A stretch of DNA of 36,473 nucleotides, from positions 1 through 36,473 of IMG/VR virus record IMGVR_UViG_3300012346_000047; one strand, given 5' to 3'. The notes beneath the pieces are model-generated. The model saw nothing but the letters and a program-made list of their open reading frames with translations, was not told where the DNA came from and made no database searches. This stretch comes from a virus (taxonomy: Duplodnaviria > Caudoviricetes). The translations under genes and the position numbers were made by a program. Below are positions 15,127 through 22,472 of the stretch, one piece after another. How positions within the stretch are numbered: position 1 is the first letter of the stretch; each line of letters opens with the position of its first letter.

Positions 15127-15175
15127 GGGGGAAAGTGGGCAATTCTGCCGGACGAACATGAGTACCCCTCTTTTT
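15127..15175 (+). other. Structured intergenic element / possible attenuator
   Basis: GGGG-GAA..AGUA-CCCC stem enclosing the hairpin GGCA-AUUC-UGCC, followed by a U-rich tract. Confidence 0.45.
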
Positions 15176-15186
15176 GAAAGCAAACC

Positions 15187-15495
15187 ATGAAACCTTTCTC
15201 ACAGTTATTTTCTAGTGTATTTCCAAGAGTACGAGCAAGTGACCCGCTGACTTCTTTTGAGGCGGCAGATGCTGTCAGAGAATACGCAGAGCACCATAAT
15301 CAACGCATCTTGGATTGTCTTTTGAGCATTGGACCACTTGGGAAAGATGGTATTGCCAATTGCACAAATCTTGACAGCAATCAGGTGTCGCGCAGATTAA
15401 ATGAAATGAAAATTATTGGCTTGATTGAATTGACAGGCAACTTGGTCAAATCAAACTCTGGCCGCAACGAAAGAGAATGGAGAGCAGTTAAATGA
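15187..15495 (+). CDS. Winged-helix DNA-binding protein
   Basis: RASDPLTSFEAA..LDSNQVSRRLNEM..GLIELTG..SGRNEREW. Confidence 0.75.
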   Translation: MKPFSQLFSSVFPRVRASDPLTSFEAADAVREYAEHHNQRILDCLLSIGPLGKDGIANCTNLDSNQVSRRLNEMKIIGLIELTGNLVKSNSGRNEREWRAVK

Positions 15496-15794
15496 GCTAT
15501 GCAAAAACAGAAATGCTTGTAGTGCAATGGGGCGAGGCAAGGGGCATCGTGCAGAACAGCACAGCCTATGCGCAAGCATTGAAAACCAAAGAAGAATTAG
15601 AGGAGCTATTTGATGCAATAGCCAAAGACGACAAGGCGGCCATCAAAGATGCCTATGGTGACATCCTTGTAACGCTCATCATGGGATGCGCCTGTGCCGA
15701 CCTTGATCTAGTTACTTGCCTAGAAGGGGCATACAACGAGATCAAAGATCGCAAGGGTTTTTTGAATAAAGACGGAATATTTGTTAAGCAGTAA
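15492..15794 (+). CDS. MazG-like NTP pyrophosphohydrolase
   Basis: KTKEELEEL..KDAYGDILVTL..AYNEIKDRKG. Confidence 0.85.
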   Translation: MSYAKTEMLVVQWGEARGIVQNSTAYAQALKTKEELEELFDAIAKDDKAAIKDAYGDILVTLIMGCACADLDLVTCLEGAYNEIKDRKGFLNKDGIFVKQ

Positions 15795-16398
15795 GCACTT
15801 CAAGGGCGTGTGCGATATGCTTCTTGCGATCCTCTAAGCCAATCGTGCCGCCATTGATTCTCTTTGTCAGCATCAGCCAATCTTCTTTGTCTGCGTACTG
15901 ATTCAAATTGTGCGTTTGCCAAAACCATCCCGCTGTGAGCGATGCATATTTTGGCGTTCTGACCAAATCCGGATTGCGCACAAAGTCCTCGCCTAGTGCT
16001 TTTCCTGCGTGGAAAAAATTTGCCGCACCAGTTAACTGAAGATAACCCGATCCTCTGTACAAAAATCCATCGCCTGAAGCCTCATCCCTGTTGCCCATGC
16101 GATTACCATAGATGCGATTGGCAATCTTTACAGGTTGACGCTCGTACTGTGCCGCAGACTCAGGCGTGAAACCCCATGCTCTCTTTGCTGTCAGCGGGAA
16201 CAGCTTGAGTAATGTGGCCGCACGATAGTTCAGATTCTCCTCAAGGACTCTGAAGTTGTTGCACTCATGGCCGCATTGTCCGAGCCAAGCCGCCTGTTGT
16301 ACTGGCGACAAGATGCCGAAGCGTTCAAATGTTTCGTTGAATGGGTCTGCCAATGATGGCTCAATTTTCAATTGGCGTAATTGTTCAGGGCTTACCAT
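15784..16398 (-). CDS. GH19 chitinase-like endolysin
   Basis: QCGHEC..EENLNY..YRGSGYLQLTG..AGWFW..TKRINGG. Confidence 0.92.
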   Translation of the reverse strand: MVSPEQLRQLKIEPSLADPFNETFERFGILSPVQQAAWLGQCGHECNNFRVLEENLNYRAATLLKLFPLTAKRAWGFTPESAAQYERQPVKIANRIYGNRMGNRDEASGDGFLYRGSGYLQLTGAANFFHAGKALGEDFVRNPDLVRTPKYASLTAGWFWQTHNLNQYADKEDWLMLTKRINGGTIGLEDRKKHIAHALEVLTA

Positions 16399-16885
16399 TT
16401 AAAAGAGTCCTCACTTCGTTGTATGCGTCAATACAGGCGTTCAGTTGTACTGTATTCCTATCGCCCTGCGCAATTATTTCTGCGATGGCGGCAAGGGTTT
16501 CTCGCTCGGCATTAGAAGCTGAGTCAGCCTGTCCGTCAGGTTTGCTTCCTGTTTCTTTGCTATCTGCGGTGGCAATGGCGGGACTTGCGGGGGCTTGCTG
16601 ACAACTTGCGGTTGGGAGGCGCACCCGACCAGAGCGAATAGCGCGATCAAGGGCAGACTGTTTTTGATTGATGACATTTGTTGACTCCTGAAGTTGCGTT
16701 GCAGTAGTGTTGATTTTTTCATTCAACTTTTGTTCTGTTGCCCTTGCTTCTTCGTTCTTCTTGGCAATGGCAATCTTCATGTCGTTGTCGCGTTCAATCC
16801 ATCCGTAATGATGGCCGACCTGATATGTTCCAAATAGGGAAATAATCACGCCAACAATTATCCAAGGCAAGGGAATTGGAAACAT
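16385..16885 (-). CDS. Rz: i-spanin (Rz-like)
   Basis: N-terminal TM followed by coiled coil, GRVRL motif and C-terminal Cys; adjacent to the endolysin. Confidence 0.8.
   Translation of the reverse strand: MFPIPLPWIIVGVIISLFGTYQVGHHYGWIERDNDMKIAIAKKNEEARATEQKLNEKINTTATQLQESTNVINQKQSALDRAIRSGRVRLPTASCQQAPASPAIATADSKETGSKPDGQADSASNAERETLAAIAEIIAQGDRNTVQLNACIDAYNEVRTLLNGKP
16474..16677 (-). CDS. Rz1: Embedded o-spanin (Rz1-like lipoprotein)
   Basis: Alternative frame inside Rz; lipobox LVGC then Pro-rich KPPQVPPLPP. Confidence 0.75.
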   Translation of the reverse strand: MSSIKNSLPLIALFALVGCASQPQVVSKPPQVPPLPPQIAKKQEANLTDRLTQLLMPSEKPLPPSQK

Positions 16886-17424
16886 CAGTCAGCCTCTGTT
16901 CGTGCGAGTGCGATTTGTTCCCTGTCTGCATCGGATTCTAAATGGTCAGGCGGGGTGTCAGGGGGCGGGGGCGGTGTCCAACTCTCATCCAGTTGCGGAT
17001 TGGTAAAGACAGGCATAGCTCCGAATGGCTGACTTGGCAACCCGCCATAGGCCGAGGGTGGATTGTATGGCTGTGTGTATGATTGGCCGTGTCCTGTGCT
17101 GTGTCCTTGATATGGCTGACACATCGGTTGCATCGTCTGCGGTGAAACAGGATTGCCGAGTGCCTTGGATGCCGCACCGACAGCGCGCTTGCTCATCACT
17201 CCACCAATTCCGCCAACGATCAGCAGAACAATGTCGTTCAGCATTTTGGTGTATGCCTGATCTATCGGAGCCATTGACTTGATCGGCTGTGTGACAAAGG
17301 TCACAGAATACAAAAGCGCAACAACAATGAAGCAAAGAATCAGCGTGACCGCAATGACCACGAAACCCCAAATCCTTACCTCAATCTCATCAGGGGTTAG
17401 GTTTAGTTTCGGACTGTTGGACAT
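16885..17424 (-). CDS. Two-TM holin-like protein with Pro-rich tail
   Basis: Two hydrophobic segments and a disordered P/Q/G-rich C-terminus; in the lysis cluster. Confidence 0.6.
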   Translation of the reverse strand: MSNSPKLNLTPDEIEVRIWGFVVIAVTLILCFIVVALLYSVTFVTQPIKSMAPIDQAYTKMLNDIVLLIVGGIGGVMSKRAVGAASKALGNPVSPQTMQPMCQPYQGHSTGHGQSYTQPYNPPSAYGGLPSQPFGAMPVFTNPQLDESWTPPPPPDTPPDHLESDADREQIALARTEAD

Positions 17425-17596
17425 CTGTTACTTTCTTTTCCAAGATTGGTGCGACTAAATATTCAGGGCATTGCTGTGTGAACAGGCACTTCGGTTTCTG
17501 ACATTCAGGCAAGATAAAGTTATCGGGGTTCTGACATGGATAGCGATACACATCTTTGCATCCAGTCAAAAGCAAGGCAAGCAATAAATATTTCAT
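17390..17596 (-). CDS. Cys-rich lipoprotein
   Basis: MKYLLLALLLTGC lipobox plus four more Cys. Confidence 0.75.
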   Translation of the reverse strand: MKYLLLALLLTGCKDVYRYPCQNPDNFILPECQKPKCLFTQQCPEYLVAPILEKKVTDVQQSETKPNP

Positions 17597-17769
17597 GCGT
17601 ACACATCCACAGAGTTAGGCTTGACCCATTGATTTTTAATGTTCTCTACTTTGTGCCTGTAATCAACTTGCAAATTTAATTTCTTCATTGCATCAAGATG
17701 TTGCTGATGCAAAACGCGCTGAGTTTCCTTCAGCATCTGAGCATTGCTTTGGTATGTTGATATTTTCAT
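17593..17769 (-). CDS. Hypothetical protein (58 aa; not in track)
   Basis: MKISTYQSNAQML..NSVDVYA; ATGA overlaps on both sides. Confidence 0.65.
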   Translation of the reverse strand: MKISTYQSNAQMLKETQRVLHQQHLDAMKKLNLQVDYRHKVENIKNQWVKPNSVDVYA

Positions 17770-17918
17770 CCTAGTCCCAAATAAGCTAGAAATTTATTAA
17801 CTATCTTGTCGGACAGATCATCAGGCAAGAATCGCAAGAAGCCAAGCACCCACCATGCAACACACATCCGAACGAATACTTTGAGGAATAGATCAAATTG
17901 TTTCTGATATTCATTCAT
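17766..17918 (-). CDS. Small membrane protein (50 aa; not in track)
   Basis: MNEYQKQFDLFLKVFVRMCVAWWVLGFLRFLPDDLSDKIVNKFLAYLGLG; ATGA overlaps. Confidence 0.65.
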   Translation of the reverse strand: MNEYQKQFDLFLKVFVRMCVAWWVLGFLRFLPDDLSDKIVNKFLAYLGLG

Positions 17919-18418
17919 CGCCCACAGCGTTTAGTTGTTTGACAGAAATCCATCAATTCATTTATGCCGATACCAATAAGAAGGAGAACGAACGCAATCC
18001 CGCCAATAAGCATCGCCATCTCTAGCTGTTCTTGTTCTGCTTGCTTTGCTTTTTTTTCCTCTGCCTTCAATGCCGCGATCTCTTTAGCATCGTCTCTATC
18101 CATCTCAGCTTGACGCGCTTTGATCTTGTTCCAAACATCAATCTTGCCTGTCTGCATGAACAACATTTTCAATTCTTCTTCGAAGGCGCGAGCTTGCTCG
18201 AGTGCCATCTCAATCTGCAATGCTGTTCCCATGTTGCTACCACCCTTATCACGCTTCGCATGAAGCATGGCTTTCGTGGCTTGACTCTTGGCATTGAACA
18301 TCTGCCCGAGCATTGGTGCGAGTCCACCTAGATCGTTGGCTACCTTGCTTGCTTTCTTCACCATGCCGATGGCTTTTTGCAAACCATCTAATGCGGCAAT
18401 CGGGTCTATAGGAATCAT
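17915..18418 (-). CDS. Helical protein with C-terminal TM anchor
   Basis: Start reassigned to MIPIDPIAAL; coiled coil then TM. Confidence 0.7.
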   Translation of the reverse strand: MIPIDPIAALDGLQKAIGMVKKASKVANDLGGLAPMLGQMFNAKSQATKAMLHAKRDKGGSNMGTALQIEMALEQARAFEEELKMLFMQTGKIDVWNKIKARQAEMDRDDAKEIAALKAEEKKAKQAEQEQLEMAMLIGGIAFVLLLIGIGINELMDFCQTTKRCGR

Positions 18419-18540
18419 TTTTTTTCCACCTTCTTCCACTCAAGGCAAACTACTTTGCGACTAAACACATCGCCACTCCAAGCCAATCGGACACAGCGGT
18501 ATTCTACGGAAACAAAAAAAAAGATCGTAACTATTGTCAC
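18415..18540 (-). CDS. Small two-Cys peptide (41 aa)
   Basis: GTG start overlapping the upstream stop; EYRCVRLAWSGDVFSRKVVCLEW. Confidence 0.55.
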   Translation of the reverse strand: MTIVTIFFFVSVEYRCVRLAWSGDVFSRKVVCLEWKKVEKK

Positions 18541-18629
18541 GACCAGTACCAAATAAAAATTGAGACGCACCAAAGAATAGTGCCAAGGAGAGTGACTGCC
18601 GCAAGGATAGCGACAGCCCAATCCTTCAT
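18537..18629 (-). CDS. 30-aa TM peptide (not in track)
   Basis: MKDWAVAILAAVTLLGTILWCVSIFIWYWS; overlaps both neighbours. Confidence 0.55.
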   Translation of the reverse strand: MKDWAVAILAAVTLLGTILWCVSIFIWYWS

Positions 18630-18835
18630 GACTTAAGATGAGTTACTACCCAACTTACAAAACCTCCGACACCTGACGCAATCGTCATACCCATCCAGAA
18701 GCCGCCCTTAGATTTGTTGGCAAGTTCAAGAAGCTCTGCAATCTGCGCTTCCATCTTGTCCATCTTCTTATCCATGTTCTGCACTCGTTCCCAAAGAACG
18801 CCATACTTAACTGGATCAATTTCTGACTCTTGCAT
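18626..18835 (-). CDS. Coiled-coil plus C-terminal TM protein (XhlA/holin-like)
   Basis: VQNMDKKMDKMEAQIAELLELANKSKGGFWMG-TM. Confidence 0.65.
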   Translation of the reverse strand: MQESEIDPVKYGVLWERVQNMDKKMDKMEAQIAELLELANKSKGGFWMGMTIASGVGGFVSWVVTHLKS

Positions 18836-18846
18836 TTGTCATCCAA

Positions 18847-19206
18847 TCAAAGGCTTGCTAACTCAGCTTGCAAATCTGCGATCTGCTGAGTCAATGATTC
18901 TTTACGCGCCTCCAATGCGGATGCACGACTTGCTTCAATCTCTGCAATCTTTTCTGCGGACATTGCAACAATAGCTTTAGATGAAACAACGACTTTGCGT
19001 TCAGCATCAATCGTCAATGTTTCTTCTCCGTATTCTTCAAACTGACCAAGAGATTGTGATTGTTCTTCTTCTGGATACCAAGCGCAATCTTGAACACCTA
19101 ATGAAGCATCAGTCCAAGATAAGTCTTGCAATGATTCAATCTGCAAGCCAAGCAAGAATACTGGTAGTTCCTCTCTTGATGCAATGTTGTCTTTAACCTT
19201 GATCAT
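18847..19206 (-). CDS. Putative tail fibre assembly/accessory protein
   Basis: Acidic with a C-terminal coiled coil; directly follows the putative RBP. Confidence 0.5.
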   Translation of the reverse strand: MIKVKDNIASREELPVFLLGLQIESLQDLSWTDASLGVQDCAWYPEEEQSQSLGQFEEYGEETLTIDAERKVVVSSKAIVAMSAEKIAEIEASRASALEARKESLTQQIADLQAELASL

Positions 19207-20585
19207 GTATAGACCTTTTTGAACAAAATATTAACTTGCGTTGAATGTGAGTTATCAATGAAAACTAATCCATTTGAATCTTGCGCTACTCCTGAAGCCG
19301 CCATGTCATTATGATAAAAAGACTTAGTGCATAAAGTAGTTATTCTTGGAGCAGACCTAATTGATGATGGTGTTGGCTCTATATCAAAGTCATAGTATGT
19401 TGTTGTTTGATATGGTGATCCGTACAAATAGAAATTGTTAAAGTAGGGATAGTAATCACAGAATCCAGTAATTGCAGTTCCATCAATATTAGTTGTTACA
19501 AATGTTTGGACTGAATTTCCATTTCCACCAGTAGCCGCAGGAATGATTGCTCTCAATCCTGATATTGGATATGCATTATTAGCTGACATGGCTATAGAAC
19601 CAGTATCACCAGATAATGCACCTGTTGTGCTGTAATCAATTGTGACTAGATTTCTTAATCCAAAATTTGTGCTTGATTGACCTCCCGCATAAAAAACGGT
19701 CATGATTGATTGACTGCCAATCATGCTAGAGACAACATTGCAAGTATCAACCTGATTAGGTTCATATGTTTCAACTGTTCTTGTAGCTATTCTTGTGTAG
19801 TCATCTGCAAGCGTTGCTGTATGCAAGTATTTAAGATAGTTTGCACCACTCGCATTTGAATGTATTGCAATTACATAACCAAAATTTGTTGTACGAATTC
19901 TTGGCAAATACATTGCAGTTCCAGGAACTGATTGTATTCCTGTCCAAGCGGCTTTCACAAATGACAAATCTGTAGAGCTAAATTCAAGCAACGCATACCA
20001 TTGATTTGTTGTGTCATAGGCAAGCATTAGCATATTGCCATTTTTGCCAATGATTGCTGTCTGCGTATTTAATGTCATTCCTGACCAAGTTGCAGAATAA
20101 TTTGAATATGTCCCTGTTGATGGCGCAGTAGGTGTCGTGTAACTAATTGTCGTTGCACCATCGTATGTGACTAAGAATGGAGCAACACCTGTGTAACAGA
20201 ATAATGTCTGTGATGTTGATATTGGCTTAGACCAACAGAAGTTCATCTTTCCATAGTTGCCAGATTGAGGCAACATACTTGTTGTCCATGATGTTGTCCC
20301 CAAATCAGTTTTAACAGGAGTCCCAAGTCCAGATTCAGAATAATCACAAATCCATCTTTTAATATTCCCCTCAAGCACGAACTTAATCAACTTACCCCTC
20401 ATCATAATAACTGGAGTCATTACACTCGCAGTTGTTAACCATGAGTAATTTAAAGTTTGAATTGTTTGTAGCTCATACTTCCTAGAACCTGTGCTTGCTA
20501 CTGCAGATGTAGTAGTTCTACGAGGCAAACCGCCTAGTCCATTGCCGACTACTGGCGCATTCTGCATTCCGTATGGATAAGGCAT
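19203..20585 (-). CDS. Putative receptor-binding / tail-tip protein
   Basis: 460 aa, T/S/G/Y-rich beta-type composition, visibly AT-richer, distal end of the tail module. Confidence 0.6.
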   Translation of the reverse strand: MPYPYGMQNAPVVGNGLGGLPRRTTTSAVASTGSRKYELQTIQTLNYSWLTTASVMTPVIMMRGKLIKFVLEGNIKRWICDYSESGLGTPVKTDLGTTSWTTSMLPQSGNYGKMNFCWSKPISTSQTLFCYTGVAPFLVTYDGATTISYTTPTAPSTGTYSNYSATWSGMTLNTQTAIIGKNGNMLMLAYDTTNQWYALLEFSSTDLSFVKAAWTGIQSVPGTAMYLPRIRTTNFGYVIAIHSNASGANYLKYLHTATLADDYTRIATRTVETYEPNQVDTCNVVSSMIGSQSIMTVFYAGGQSSTNFGLRNLVTIDYSTTGALSGDTGSIAMSANNAYPISGLRAIIPAATGGNGNSVQTFVTTNIDGTAITGFCDYYPYFNNFYLYGSPYQTTTYYDFDIEPTPSSIRSAPRITTLCTKSFYHNDMAASGVAQDSNGLVFIDNSHSTQVNILFKKVYT

Positions 20586-20600
20586 TGTTTAATCCTCTAA

Positions 20601-21017
20601 TTAAAAGTCTGTGTATTCTGCTTTGAATACGATACCGCTTGCCAATGCAACTTGAGAACCAACATAAAGTTGCTCTCCTGCCGCTAAACGCAATGGTGTA
20701 GTTTCAGTATATGTTGAAAAAGTTGTTGATGTGATTGCTGTTGTTGTTGCAACAGTTTGAGCCGCCATCAAAACAGAATCAATCAAACGCTTCGTTGTTC
20801 CTGAATCTGAACTGGTAAACAGTACCAAACTAGAAGCAGTTACAGTAGCTCGAGGAATCGCAGTCAAGCGAGTAAGGATTGCACCATCAGCACCCGCAGT
20901 GAATAAGACCACAGTATTAGTTGGCGTGTCGCCTGTGATTGATCCTAGCGCGCCTGTAACGACAGCAGTCTTGATTTGAGGTGTTTGTGCAAATGGTGCG
21001 GTGAAAGTCTTAGCCAT
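20601..21017 (-). CDS. Virion structural protein
   Basis: T/A-rich beta-type protein in the tail module. Confidence 0.6.
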   Translation of the reverse strand: MAKTFTAPFAQTPQIKTAVVTGALGSITGDTPTNTVVLFTAGADGAILTRLTAIPRATVTASSLVLFTSSDSGTTKRLIDSVLMAAQTVATTTAITSTTFSTYTETTPLRLAAGEQLYVGSQVALASGIVFKAEYTDF

Positions 21018-21026
21018 GATAGTCCT

Positions 21027-21557
21027 TTAAAAGCAAAGTGAAGTTGCTTGCACTTGAGCTAGTGCAGTTGAGTTAGAAAACGGAGTTGTATTTACTGTTG
21101 TCCATGCAGGAGATGTTCCATCCGTAGATAAGAATTTACCGCCATTGCCTGTCTGTAATGGGAAGCCAAGAGCCACCCAATTAGTTGAGTCAGAGCTTGG
21201 GTCTGTTGTTCCTGCGCCTGTAATCTTGCGACGATAAGAAACATAATTGACTGTGCTGTAAACAACATTACCCGCTTGATAAGTTGTTCCGCTTACCCAT
21301 GCGCTTGCATTAGATGCTGATGCCGCTGAGAGTGCAGATGCTGATGCGGCATTGGCACTATTCAGAGCATTGGTTGCTTGAGTAGTTGCTGTGCTTGCGC
21401 TACCTGATGCAGATGTAGCATAGCCATTAGCCTCGACAGCAAGCGCATTAGCCTCTGTTGCGAATGTAGGCAATGCGCCTAAGAACGCATCTCCACGAGC
21501 CGCAAAATTTGCGGGGTCATCCCTACTCGGGGGCGTTGGTAATGCAGTAATTGCCAT
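21027..21557 (-). CDS. Tail fibre-proximal protein with CBM5/12-like module
   Basis: ITALPTPPSRDDPANF N-terminus, Ala/Ser coil, AWVSGTTYQAGNVV..TNW. Confidence 0.65.
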   Translation of the reverse strand: MAITALPTPPSRDDPANFAARGDAFLGALPTFATEANALAVEANGYATSASGSASTATTQATNALNSANAASASALSAASASNASAWVSGTTYQAGNVVYSTVNYVSYRRKITGAGTTDPSSDSTNWVALGFPLQTGNGGKFLSTDGTSPAWTTVNTTPFSNSTALAQVQATSLCF

Positions 21558-21572
21558 TTCAAATTTCCTTTA

Positions 21573-22472
21573 TCAAATCAAACCTTCAACTTCAATGCGG
21601 CAGAAACTATGCGTTGGATATGCAATGTCAATGCTGAAGTCTCGATAGAAACCATAAACAATCAAAGCTGAATAATCTGTGTCCTCAGAGCCGATGTAAA
21701 CGCTAGGGACAGCGCGAACACCTGAGAGAATTTTTTGCACTCCGCTAATGCTTCCATTCTCAATCAAGAACTGCCCACTCATTCGCTTACTATAAGCTCG
21801 CTGAACGAATGTTGTCAATCCTGTATCGGCATCTGTATCTTTACGGCTGTAATCAATGATGCCAATTGTTGCACCATGCTCTAAAGCCATCTCTCCCAAT
21901 CCGTAAACAGTACCGACAAGAAATTCACCAATAGCGACAGCACTACCAGAGGATAGAGTCATTGTGATTTGACCGCCTGAGTATGGAGGCAAATCTGTCA
22001 GCACGACTTCGGACAATTGCTCAAACGGCTCAAAGAAATACATATACCAATCAAGAATAATTGAACCTTCAAGGTCAATAGTTCTTGAATAGACTGGAGG
22101 GCTTGCACCTCCATCACGCATTTCAATTTTTAAAGTCTTGCCAGTTAAACCTAAAAGAGCAACACTATTCACAATTCCACAAGCTACTGTGACAGTCAAT
22201 GGTGATGTAGCCTTAGTTGTTTCTGTGCTGACTTGTCCATCAAACATCGCGTGGACATTATCAGGACCAATGTTTTCCCAAAAGGTAGGGCTTGTATCTG
22301 GATTGTTATTAAGATTGCTATTAACTAAACTGTTGTAGTAATGTGATCCATGATCAACTTTGGCGTTCTTTGCATATGTTGTTGCAGAACTCCAAGCTGA
22401 ATAAGCCTCTGGCGCATTGCTCGATAAGAGCATTGTGTCTGCATCAAATATTACTGGCTTAATTACTTTCAT
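21573..22472 (-). CDS. Minor tail (distal tail/baseplate-like) protein
   Basis: First gene after the tape measure; AWSSATTYAKNAKV..TFW module; IIDYSRK..YGFYRDFSI. Confidence 0.7.
   Translation of the reverse strand: MKVIKPVIFDADTMLLSSNAPEAYSAWSSATTYAKNAKVDHGSHYYNSLVNSNLNNNPDTSPTFWENIGPDNVHAMFDGQVSTETTKATSPLTVTVACGIVNSVALLGLTGKTLKIEMRDGGASPPVYSRTIDLEGSIILDWYMYFFEPFEQLSEVVLTDLPPYSGGQITMTLSSGSAVAIGEFLVGTVYGLGEMALEHGATIGIIDYSRKDTDADTGLTTFVQRAYSKRMSGQFLIENGSISGVQKILSGVRAVPSVYIGSEDTDYSALIVYGFYRDFSIDIAYPTHSFCRIEVEGLI

Noticed and set aside
11207-15175. Hammerhead ribozyme or tRNA identity for the intergenic structures
   Set aside because: No CUGAUGA core with GAAA, and no cloverleaf with a T-loop.
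16938-17371. Alternative-frame minus-strand ORFs inside the holin-like gene
   Set aside because: No RBS, lipobox or motif, unlike the embedded o-spanin.
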